From Candidatus Zixiibacteriota bacterium (GTDB taxonomy: Bacteria; Zixibacteria; MSB-5A5; UBA10806; 4484-95): a stretch of DNA of 27,236 nucleotides. Below the pieces are notes generated by a model. The model was not told the DNA's origin. It saw only the letters and a program-made list of their open reading frames with translations, and did not search any database. The position numbers and the translations under genes are program-made. Where the stretch lies: the NCBI GenBank assembly GCA_029932605.1, contig JAOZPT010000025.1, positions 6,937 through 34,172 of the forward strand, given 5' to 3'. Below are positions 1-7,963 of this stretch, in pieces. Each line of letters opens with the position of its first letter. The stretch's first letter is position 1.

Positions 1-12
1 TACTAAATAAGC

Positions 13-828
13 TTAATTAATACCCAGGTTTCTGACCTTTACGCTTGTCTGTAAGTTTCGGGTCCTGTATTGATTAATGAATTCATCATCGGGTTCGTCC
101 GTTCTGGCTGTAATATAAATCATGACTTCTCTCACCATATCGGCCAATGGTGGTACATCCACCACTACACCGGATGATAACAGATATTGAAACTGCAGGT
201 CGGATATGTTGTCTGCATATATCAGTGGTGGCTGGCCAAGATTCTGTACCATCAGCCGAGGATGGTTAGGGTCTGTAGTATTGTCAATGTAGTATTTAAT
301 CTTGTTCATCTTGATAATCTTACTTCCCTTTGGATAGGATTTAGAAAGTGGCATGGTATTGTGCTGTATATGGCCTGCGGCATACTGCACATGGGAGACT
401 TCAAAAAACTCCCCGGTCTGGGTATTGGGGTCATAAATATATATCCAGTCGCCATCATGAAGAGGTGTTAAATCATGGCCATCGCACCTTAGTTCTGCTG
501 ATGGCTGAGGCATATCATGTTCTATTTCCACACTATCTAATTGATCGGTATCGTAGATGATTTCAATTGTGTCGGGATTAGTGTTATAGGCACTTAAAGC
601 GCTTATCCCTGTTGGCACGTTATAACCGGCCATCCTGATTTTTGTCGCAAGCTCCTGCATACTGGCTCTTATGTTCTGTTGCATATCCGAAATCTGTTCC
701 TGCACCAAAAGATGTTTATGTTGAGTAAGGTAAACACTTAAAGCTGAACCTACGATTATCATTGAAATAGACGCCGCTATCAGCATCTCGATTATAGTAA
801 AACCTTTTATGTTGTGTATCTTACCCAT
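13..828 (-). CDS. Type IV pilus minor pilin, PilW-like (prepilin-type N-terminal cleavage/methylation domain)
   Basis: Class III signal peptide MGKIHNIKG|FTIIEMLIA with Glu at +5 and a hydrophobic helix; 'MQQNIRASMQELATKIRMAGY' and C-terminal 'ADNISDLQFQY...VMIYITART...VKVRN' are typical of PilW; SD-like AAGGA upstream; lies directly downstream of the PilV-like gene. Confidence 0.85.
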   Translation of the reverse strand: MGKIHNIKGFTIIEMLIAASISMIIVGSALSVYLTQHKHLLVQEQISDMQQNIRASMQELATKIRMAGYNVPTGISALSAYNTNPDTIEIIYDTDQLDSVEIEHDMPQPSAELRCDGHDLTPLHDGDWIYIYDPNTQTGEFFEVSHVQYAAGHIQHNTMPLSKSYPKGSKIIKMNKIKYYIDNTTDPNHPRLMVQNLGQPPLIYADNISDLQFQYLLSSGVVVDVPPLADMVREVMIYITARTDEPDDEFINQYRTRNLQTSVKVRNLGIN

Positions 829-846
829 TATAATTTCCTTTCCGGA

Positions 847-1203
847 TTAATCTACCATCATATATGAGACCATACTGTTGCTATGACTTCTACCATCGCG
901 GTCGGTCCAGTTTATCTGAACTACCAATCTCTTCAGGTTAGAACTGACGTCACTTACTGTCCATGTCCTATAAACGGCGTTAACCGTATCAGCTCCGGAT
1001 ACCGGTATATTCATGTTTTTCAACTCTTCCATTTTATCTTTAATTAGCATTGAAGCCTCGGTAAATCCATGGGCAAGGTCATTGCCCTGCATTGAAACCA
1101 CCATCATCGGCAATAGTAGAAGCAGTCCCACCGATAGAATGAGCATTCCTGCTAAAACCTCAACCAGGGTGAACCCTTTGTCTTTTTTAAATATTTTCAT
1201 CAT
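847..1203 (-). CDS. Type IV pilus minor pilin, PilV-like
   Basis: KDKG|FTLVEVLAGMLILSVGLL prepilin motif, 'KMEELKN' and 'LVVQINW' typical of the PilV/GspI group; GGAGG SD upstream. Confidence 0.85.
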   Translation of the reverse strand: MMKIFKKDKGFTLVEVLAGMLILSVGLLLLLPMMVVSMQGNDLAHGFTEASMLIKDKMEELKNMNIPVSGADTVNAVYRTWTVSDVSSNLKRLVVQINWTDRDGRSHSNSMVSYMMVD

Positions 1204-1230
1204 TGCTATCCTCCATTTTTACTTCTGGAA

Positions 1231-1246
1231 AGCAAGCCTTATGCCT
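1231..1246 (-). promoter_or_regulatory. Sigma54 (-24/-12) promoter of the pilV-pilW operon
   Basis: Minus strand reads AGGCATAAGGCTTGCT = GG-N10-GC, a close match to TGGCAC-N5-TTGCW, about 28 nt upstream of the pilV start codon. Confidence 0.75.
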
Positions 1247-1284
1247 GTAATTAAAATATCGTCATATATGTATCTCTGGTTAAT

Positions 1285-1297
1285 TAAGTGCTTTATT
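1285..1297 (-). promoter_or_regulatory. Putative IHF site upstream of the sigma54 promoter
   Basis: Minus strand AATAAAGCACTTA, one mismatch to WATCAANNNNTTR, between the promoter and the upstream palindrome. Confidence 0.4.
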
Positions 1298-1352
1298 TTT
1301 AATGGATTATTGTAAAAGGTAAAGAATATAAGATCGCTTGTTTTCTGTATTG

Positions 1353-1368
1353 CATACTTGTAAGTATG
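1353..1368. promoter_or_regulatory. Palindrome CATACTT-gt-AAGTATG, candidate enhancer (bEBP binding site)
   Basis: Perfect 7-2-7 inverted repeat about 140 bp upstream of the predicted sigma54 transcription start. Confidence 0.4.
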
Positions 1369-1466
1369 GGGAAAAGCCAATAATTGTTGAAAAAAGAGTA
1401 TAATTCTTCTCTAACTTTAAATATAAACGACAGTCGGGGTTGGAAACCGGACTACATTTTTAAGAG

Positions 1467-2933
1467 TTAATCAAGGTCAATGTAATTGGCAGGATCGATA
1501 TTATACTTATCTCCGTCTATGACGTTCTGGATATGGATGTTAGAGGCTTCCTCCGAGGCTAAGTCAATTATTTTAATTTGCGGTTTTAAACCATCTCGGT
1601 CGGCGATAACCTTAACCTCAGGATTTTCCAAATCATCCGGGTTAGTGCGTGAGACGATTGCTATCTCTTCGTTGTTGAGTTTAACAACGCTTCCCACCGG
1701 ATAGATACCGATAGTATTGATAAAAACCTTTAATAGAAGGGGATTGAAATCGGTACCGGCTCGATTTACCATATTGGTGATAATCTCATCCCCGACCATT
1801 CTCCGTTTTTGATAAACCCGGCCCGAATTCATGGCGTTGAAAGTATCAGCAATAGCTACTATCTGAGCAAACAAACATGGTGTCCTTTTTTGTAGAAGCT
1901 CGGGGTAACCTCCGCCATTTATTGTGATATGATGCTCATAGGCGACAGACATGGCTCTGATGGAAGAGCGGTCCGTGCCCCGGGTTTTGAGAATAGTTTT
2001 AACTCCATAAACTGGATGCATTCTCATTTGCTCCCAGTCCATTTCGTCATAAGCTGAGGGTTTATTGATTAGGTCAGGGGGAAGGTTAATCTTTCCGATA
2101 TCGTGCAATAACGAACCTAATCCCAGGTCCGACAGACGTTTTTTATCAAAGCCGAGGTGGTAAGCTAATAACAGGGACAACACACAAACATTAACAGAAT
2201 GAACATAGGTGTAATCATCGAAATTACGGAGAATTGTCAACTCAACCATAGTAGATTCATCTTCTATGATCTGGTCAACCATTGCCTGAACGACTCTCTT
2301 GGTTTTAGCTAAATTTATTTTATTGCCCGATTTTGCCTGGGTGATTATTTCTTGAACCACATTGATTGCTTTAAAAAATGTTTTTCTGGCTCTTATCTTG
2401 GATGTTTCGTCTTTGACTTTTGTTCCTTTGCTATCATCTTCTCTGTCTGAGACTTTAACAGGAACGACGTTCTCAATTTGTAAACTGTCAAGTTTTTCTT
2501 TGAAAAGCTCAAAGGCATCATCGTCTTCATTGGGCAGTTTGAAATGGGTAAGGCTGAATATGAATTTATCGATTTCACGGGAATCCGCACGGGAGAATAT
2601 GTTAAAACCGCTTATCTTGAGCTCGTTGAACTTTTCTTTGAAGAACTCCCCAATTTGCTGGTCGGGGGTTTCGAGTTTTATGCGGAAGTTATTTAAGAAA
2701 AAATAACCATCCTTATATACGAATGAGAGTCGCGAATCCTCGGTAAAAATTTCAGCTATCAACTGGCGAAGTTTATTGGCCCGCGAGATATAGCGGTTGT
2801 TATTGGCCTCATAAAGAGAGGCTGTCTTTAACGTAGAATAAAAATTGCGGAAAAACTCAAGACCCAACAGTGAAAACTTTTCCTCGGTCTCTTGTTGTTC
2901 TTTTTCGATGTCTTTTTGTGGTGGATTTGTCAT
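1467..2933 (-). CDS. HD-GYP domain protein (putative c-di-GMP phosphodiesterase) with uncharacterised N-terminal domain
   Basis: DDYTYVHSVNV, LLHDIGK, HP, EHHITINGGGYP, IADTFNAM..RVYQ, followed by the YPVGSVVKL C-terminal extension typical of this HD-GYP subgroup. Confidence 0.9.
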   Translation of the reverse strand: MTNPPQKDIEKEQQETEEKFSLLGLEFFRNFYSTLKTASLYEANNNRYISRANKLRQLIAEIFTEDSRLSFVYKDGYFFLNNFRIKLETPDQQIGEFFKEKFNELKISGFNIFSRADSREIDKFIFSLTHFKLPNEDDDAFELFKEKLDSLQIENVVPVKVSDREDDSKGTKVKDETSKIRARKTFFKAINVVQEIITQAKSGNKINLAKTKRVVQAMVDQIIEDESTMVELTILRNFDDYTYVHSVNVCVLSLLLAYHLGFDKKRLSDLGLGSLLHDIGKINLPPDLINKPSAYDEMDWEQMRMHPVYGVKTILKTRGTDRSSIRAMSVAYEHHITINGGGYPELLQKRTPCLFAQIVAIADTFNAMNSGRVYQKRRMVGDEIITNMVNRAGTDFNPLLLKVFINTIGIYPVGSVVKLNNEEIAIVSRTNPDDLENPEVKVIADRDGLKPQIKIIDLASEEASNIHIQNVIDGDKYNIDPANYIDLD

Positions 2934-2934
2934 T

Positions 2935-4704
2935 TCAATCTTTCTTCTTTATATGAATCGCCCGCATTGCGGCGGACGATAATTTCTTGTTCCTTCCTGA
3001 GGCTAGCTTATTAATAAATCGAACGGCTTCACTTGTTTTAATCCTGGCCAAGGCGTTAACGGCATTGAGTCTTAAACGCTCTTCGTTTGTTGATGGGAAG
3101 AAGTATTTTTTTGTCGCAAGAGTTTTCAAGTAGGCAAAAGCTTTTGATTGTCCTAAAATGGCATAAGCCTCTAGAAAATCGCGAATATGTTCAGGTGATT
3201 TATCTTTGAATTTTTTGTTTTTAATGATATTTTCAATGGCCATGAAGGCTCGCGTATACTTTTTTTCTGTTAAAAGCTTTAGACTGTTTAATTGGATTTT
3301 AGGATCGGGATCTGATAAAGCAATGATCATAAAATCGACGCTCTCATTAGTATTCATTTTGGCTGCCGCCGCCAGAGTCTCTTTTCTAACACGGTAATCA
3401 GGATGTTTTATTGTTTTTTTCAGGTAGTTGATAACACGAGGATTTGCCAGCTCGCCCAAGATCTTGACAATGTTGCGAACAACGTACCATCTTTCGTCAT
3501 CCAGTCCTTTAGCGACAATATCGACGTGGTCTTTACCGAGTTCTATTAAGACCTTGCATAGGACTCGACGAGTCTGGTAATGTTCCAGTTCACCGAGGCT
3601 TGAAAGCAACGGGTCAATCGCCGCCCAGGGTAGTTGTTTAAGGTAATTTTCTAAACCTTCTGTATCTATATCCTTGTGCTTATTAAGAGTCTGCGTTAAC
3701 ATCTCTATTTTTTCCTTGGAAGCGCAGTCTAAAAAGAATTCCTCGATCTTCTCGACCCGTGAACTTTTCAGGTTTTTTAGAACATCGAGCAACTCATGCA
3801 TCCTGTTCAAAAGCGAGGAAGCACTGCTAAAATCGCATGAAGCAATATAACTGTCTCTAACTTTACCGATAAAACTTATCACCTCGATATAACCCGAAAG
3901 TTCTTTTTCCATCCCCAGTATCTCGAAGATGACCGTTAGTAGATACTGGGTGTGGTTGAAACTAACGTCGGTAGCTAATAGATCAGCCAACTGTTCTTTT
4001 TCTTCCTTGGAAAACTCTGAAATTCGGGAAAGAAAATCATGAGATTCTTGAGGCATCCGGGCATAGGCGCTACCGTGAAGATTTATCCCCTCTTTTTGTT
4101 GGTCGGTATCCGTGTCATCATCTTCAAACTTTATATGTGCTTCATCCAGGAAAAGTGATTGTATGTCATCATCGCTAGGATTGATATCGGTTTTGAATGT
4201 GTTCGTGGAATATTCAAAAGTTTCTATTTCAAAATCTTCGTCGATAAGATCATAACTTATATACTGGAAATTTTCCTCCCAGAGCAGGGTGGCTAAATCG
4301 TCATCAATGTAAATAGTCCGCATCATTCTAGCCAGAAGGTCAACAAATCTTCCCATCTCGTCGTCGTCAATACCAGGAAGAAAATGCAAACCAACTATGC
4401 CGTCGCGGAAGAAAACATGGGCAAAATTCTCGGTTCGGCTACTGCTCTCATATACGGTTATGTTACCATAGGTGATGTTGTTGGATGATATCTTAAAAGA
4501 TAAATCTTCAATTTTTTCCAGTATTGAGGATGTTTTTTTGATAAGGTTCCCTTTGAACTGTTCTGGAAGTTTTGAACTGGAGGGGTAAACAAGCTTTGCT
4601 TTGACCGCCTTGACAAGTAAATTGAAAAACTCGATAACCTGCTTAGTGTCCGGTTGTTTCAGGTCATCTAATTCTATTTCAAGATAGTCTATTTTTTGTT
4701 CCAT
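2935..4704 (-). CDS. HEAT/PBS-lyase-type repeat protein
   Basis: Tandem repeats such as LDDERWYVVRNIVKILGEL, IKHPDYRVRKETLAAAAKM and LSDPDPKIQLNSLKLL; its stop codon is 1 nt from the HD-GYP start (TGAaATG). Confidence 0.85.
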   Translation of the reverse strand: MEQKIDYLEIELDDLKQPDTKQVIEFFNLLVKAVKAKLVYPSSSKLPEQFKGNLIKKTSSILEKIEDLSFKISSNNITYGNITVYESSSRTENFAHVFFRDGIVGLHFLPGIDDDEMGRFVDLLARMMRTIYIDDDLATLLWEENFQYISYDLIDEDFEIETFEYSTNTFKTDINPSDDDIQSLFLDEAHIKFEDDDTDTDQQKEGINLHGSAYARMPQESHDFLSRISEFSKEEKEQLADLLATDVSFNHTQYLLTVIFEILGMEKELSGYIEVISFIGKVRDSYIASCDFSSASSLLNRMHELLDVLKNLKSSRVEKIEEFFLDCASKEKIEMLTQTLNKHKDIDTEGLENYLKQLPWAAIDPLLSSLGELEHYQTRRVLCKVLIELGKDHVDIVAKGLDDERWYVVRNIVKILGELANPRVINYLKKTIKHPDYRVRKETLAAAAKMNTNESVDFMIIALSDPDPKIQLNSLKLLTEKKYTRAFMAIENIIKNKKFKDKSPEHIRDFLEAYAILGQSKAFAYLKTLATKKYFFPSTNEERLRLNAVNALARIKTSEAVRFINKLASGRNKKLSSAAMRAIHIKKKD

Positions 4705-4783
4705 TTTACCTTTGTAAACTAACTTAACGAAACGTTAATATAGCCTAAAAAACAAAGCGCTTTTAGAACACAGTACAATATTT

Positions 4784-4810
4784 TTATCGGCATATAAAGA
4801 TTACAATTCA
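4784..4810 (-). promoter_or_regulatory. Sigma28/FliA-like promoter of the HEAT/HD-GYP operon
   Basis: Minus strand TGAA-N15-GCCGATAA (consensus TAAA-N15-GCCGATAA; perfect -10 box). Confidence 0.55.
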
Positions 4811-5047
4811 AACCAACATGTTAAAATGAAACATTTTACAGCTTATTGTAAAATATTATTTCTTTATGGAACATTGATAGCCTGTTGTTACGGATTGCAT
4901 CCTTTTTAAATTCATATTATTTCCTGCTAATTATCAGCAGTGGCATGTATTTTAATTCTTTTCAACCGATGCTGTCATTATAACCCATTGTACATCAATT
5001 TGATTGCAATGAATGGGAATTCTAAGGTGATGTTTCAGTTTGAAAAG

Positions 5048-5974
5048 TTATTCAAGTGCTTTATAGACGAAACCACCGGCTTTTTCTAACAATTCCTCAG
5101 CCACAGCGATATCGCACTTGAGCTTTGCCATGACTATGGCGGTCTTAACATGACCACCGGCTTTATCCAGAATGTTACCAGCGGTCTCGTAATTGCAACC
5201 GACAACCTCCATTATGACCCTCTTTGACCTTTCGATAAGCTTCTGGGAGGTTGCTTGAAGGTCGACCATCATGTTTTTAAATGTCTTGCCAAGTTTTATC
5301 ATAACAGTAGTGGTTATCATGGTAAGAATCATTTTTTGTGTCAGGGCTGATTTCATACGGGTTGAACCGGAAAGCACCTCGGATCCTACAACAGGAGTGA
5401 TAACTAAGTCGTATCCCTCGGGCTGTTCCTCAGCGGGATTACAACAAAGAAGAATCGTTTTTGCTCCCCTTGAAACAGCTTGATTCAAGCCGGCAATGAC
5501 ATACGGTGTCCGTCGAGAAGCAGTTAATCCCATTACCGTATCTTTCGGTCCGGCTTCTATCTTGTTAATATCCCGAATACCCGCCTTGATATCATCCTCG
5601 ATTCCCTCCGCCGAGCGAATAAGAGTTGGCGGGCCACCAGCTATAAGCCCTACTACTTTCTCCGGTGAGATACCAAACGTTGGAGGGCATTCGGCAGCAT
5701 CCAGAACTCCCAACCTGCCGGAAGTGCCAGCGCCAATGTAAATCAAACGTCCATCCTTACTTAAAGAATTATAGACTATTTCAACCGCCTGGGCTATCCT
5801 GGGAATTTGCCGTCGAACCTCTAAAGCTACCGTGGCATCCTCGGAATTGATCAGCTCAAGGATCTCCGTGGTTGAAAGGCGGTCGAGGTTTTCGCTTTTA
5901 GGATTGGCCGATTCTGTCACCAGTTTCTTTAGATAATCGAAAAGTTCCTTACCATGAAGAGGTGGTTTATTCAT
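5048..5974 (-). CDS. murQ: N-acetylmuramic acid 6-phosphate etherase
   Basis: SIS-domain motifs TESANP, GAGTSGRLGVLDAAECPPTF, EGIED, GSTRMKS, NMMVD. ATG at 5974 preferred over the upstream TTG at 5998. Confidence 0.95.
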   Translation of the reverse strand: MNKPPLHGKELFDYLKKLVTESANPKSENLDRLSTTEILELINSEDATVALEVRRQIPRIAQAVEIVYNSLSKDGRLIYIGAGTSGRLGVLDAAECPPTFGISPEKVVGLIAGGPPTLIRSAEGIEDDIKAGIRDINKIEAGPKDTVMGLTASRRTPYVIAGLNQAVSRGAKTILLCCNPAEEQPEGYDLVITPVVGSEVLSGSTRMKSALTQKMILTMITTTVMIKLGKTFKNMMVDLQATSQKLIERSKRVIMEVVGCNYETAGNILDKAGGHVKTAIVMAKLKCDIAVAEELLEKAGGFVYKALE

Positions 5975-6014
5975 TGCTTTTGTTGTGTATTTCCTCAAGT
6001 TTTCATTTTAACTA

Positions 6015-6043
6015 ATTTTATGCCGTTACCTTCTTTTTGTCAA
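6015..6043 (-). promoter_or_regulatory. Sigma70 promoter of murQ
   Basis: Minus strand TTGACA-N17-TAAAAT. Confidence 0.75.
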
Positions 6044-6083
6044 CCACCCATACTGAAAGCAATCAAATTTGTGAAAAAATAAC

Positions 6084-6112
6084 TTGCTTGCGATAAATTT
6101 TCATTCCATAAT
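6084..6112 (+). promoter_or_regulatory. Sigma70 promoter of the membrane protein gene
   Basis: TTGCTT-N17-CATAAT, ending 6 nt before the GTG at 6119. Confidence 0.5.
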
Positions 6113-6118
6113 TCGGTC

Positions 6119-6682
6119 GTGAATGAAAAAAATGATTCTGTAGAGCAGAACATGTCCGAGAGACAACCAGTGGATTCACAGCCCAGGAGACCATCGACCG
6201 GTCAGTTAATAACCGGCATATTACTGGTTCTTCTGGGTATAATTTTGCTATTAGCACAGCTATTGGGGCAGTGGTTTATAAACGGTTTCTGGCCTTTCTT
6301 TTTGATAATAGGCGGGTTGATTTTCTATGCCGGCTATTTCGCCCGTTCGGATAAACCCTCAGGCTATGAGGGCATGCTTTTCCCGGGCACTTACCTAATC
6401 GTTCTGGGAATACTGTTTTTGTTAATGAACATCCTGGGCTGGCACTATATGGGTTATCTCTGGCCTACATTTGTTCTGGGAGTGGCTCTATCATTATGGT
6501 CGATGTATCTTTTCGGGCCCTCAGAGCCGGAAAAGAAAAGAAAGGACCTCCTTGCCAGCGTAAAGGTGCTGTTTATAATTTCAGTGGTATTGTATTTAAT
6601 AACCATTGGCGGTATATATCTCTGGCCTTTGGCGTTGATAATTATCGGGCTGATTATAGTTATAAAAGGGTTTATTAAATAA
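6119..6682 (+). CDS. Multi-pass membrane protein (LiaI/LiaF-TM or DUF5668-like repeats)
   Basis: About six hydrophobic segments with repeated 'GI..LL ... [F/L]WP..LI..G' motifs (FWPFFLIIGG, LWPTFVLGV, LWPLALIIIG). Start is GTG 6119 or ATG 6152. Confidence 0.7.
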   Translation: MNEKNDSVEQNMSERQPVDSQPRRPSTGQLITGILLVLLGIILLLAQLLGQWFINGFWPFFLIIGGLIFYAGYFARSDKPSGYEGMLFPGTYLIVLGILFLLMNILGWHYMGYLWPTFVLGVALSLWSMYLFGPSEPEKKRKDLLASVKVLFIISVVLYLITIGGIYLWPLALIIIGLIIVIKGFIK

Positions 6683-6703
6683 AAGTCAAAACCATATTGT
6701 TTC

Positions 6704-6814
6704 TTATCTGCTGCTTTTCAGAAAAACCGAATATAATATCAAGAACATTACCTGAAAAACAACCCTATCTGTTTTATTAATTAAGTACAATGGAGTCTGG
6801 TGATTATATCTCAA
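6704..6814 (-). CDS. Putative 36-aa small hydrophobic peptide (unannotated)
   Basis: Perfect SD TAAGGAGGTGA followed by ccat-TTG; ORF MRYNHQTPLYLINKTDRVVFQVMFLILYSVFLKSSR*. May instead be the antisense of an anti-SD sRNA. Confidence 0.3.
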   Translation of the reverse strand: MRYNHQTPLYLINKTDRVVFQVMFLILYSVFLKSSR

Positions 6815-7011
6815 ATGGTCACCTCCTTATTTTGAAACCATTTGATCATTCTGATGATTATGGGGGGCCTAAAACCAACCTGTTTTAAGTTTTAACTCAT
6901 ATCATCATATTATCTATCTTGAAAAATTGAAAAATATCCCCTAACGTAATATTTAAAGTGCTTAAGATACTCTGGGAAATTAAATGATAAGAAAAAAAGA
7001 AAAGGCAAGAT

Positions 7012-7926
7012 ATGAGGTTTGAAAATGTCATTGAGGCTATTGGTAGAACACCATTAATAAAATTAAACAAGCTACCTAGTCCTAATTCAGCCACAATTTA
7101 TGCTAAGATGGAAAGCTTTAATCCCTGTCATTCGGTTAAAGATCGAGTTGGAGCAGCAATGGTTGAGGCAGCTGAAAAGCAAGGCAAGCTGAAACCTGGA
7201 ATGACTATTATTGAACCAACCTCAGGCAATACAGGCATTGCTTTAGCAATGGTGGCTGCCTGTAAAGGATATAAGGTTGTTTTTACTATGCCTGAGACTA
7301 TGAGCGTTGAACGGCGGAATATTCTCAAACTTCTTGGAGCAGAGATCATTTTGACACCTGGTTCCGAGGGGATGAAAGGCGCTGTCAAAAGAGCTGAAGA
7401 ACTGGCTAGTACGAAAGGATATTTTCAGCCACAGCAATTTTCTAATCCGGCCAATCCAGAAATTCATCGTAGGACAACGGCCAAAGAGATAATAAAGGAT
7501 TTGGGTGAATTACATCTTGACGCTCTTGTGGCGGGTGTAGGAACCGGTGGAACGATAAGCGGCACAGGGGAGGTATTAAAACATAAGTATAATTGCAAAG
7601 TTTATGCAGTTGAGCCGGATGATTCGCCAGTGCTATCAGGTGGAGAACCGGGGTCTCATCCGATTCAGGGAATAGGTCCAGGTTTCATTGCGGATAATTA
7701 CAATTCTGATATGGTTGATGAGATAATCAGGGTTAAAAGTTATGACGCATTTAAGACAGCTAATCGTTTGGCCAAAGAAGAGGGCATACTTGGAGGTATT
7801 TCATCGGGAGCGATAATCTGGGCAGCACTTCGGGTTGCCTCCGAGCTTAAGGCAGGGAAAATAGTGGTTACATTTGTATGTGATACTGCCGAACGTTATC
7901 TTTCGACTGATTTAGTTAAGGTTTAA
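7012..7926 (+). CDS. cysK: Cysteine synthase A (O-acetylserine sulfhydrylase)
   Basis: IGRTPL, KMESFNPCHSVKDR (PLP lysine), EPTSGNTG, GVGTGGT, HPIQGIG, ERYLST. Confidence 0.96.
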   Translation: MRFENVIEAIGRTPLIKLNKLPSPNSATIYAKMESFNPCHSVKDRVGAAMVEAAEKQGKLKPGMTIIEPTSGNTGIALAMVAACKGYKVVFTMPETMSVERRNILKLLGAEIILTPGSEGMKGAVKRAEELASTKGYFQPQQFSNPANPEIHRRTTAKEIIKDLGELHLDALVAGVGTGGTISGTGEVLKHKYNCKVYAVEPDDSPVLSGGEPGSHPIQGIGPGFIADNYNSDMVDEIIRVKSYDAFKTANRLAKEEGILGGISSGAIIWAALRVASELKAGKIVVTFVCDTAERYLSTDLVKV

Positions 7927-7963
7927 CGTTAACATCATTTCACTTTTTCCGATTAAATAACAT

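Noticed and set aside
1432..1453. Imperfect GC-rich hairpin after the HD-GYP stop codon
   Set aside because: The stem is interrupted and has no clear U-tract; not enough to call a terminator.
4826..4909. 27-aa ORF MKHFTAYCKILFLYGTLIACCYGLHPF*
   Set aside because: No SD, lies in an AT-rich regulatory region, and has no recognisable motif.
4941..4957. TGGCA -24-like box
   Set aside because: No GC at the -12 position and no downstream gene on that strand.
6790..6888. Plus-strand 32-aa ORF MESGDYISNGHLL... across the anti-SD hairpin
   Set aside because: No SD and no motif; the hairpin and the minus-strand ORF explain the region better.
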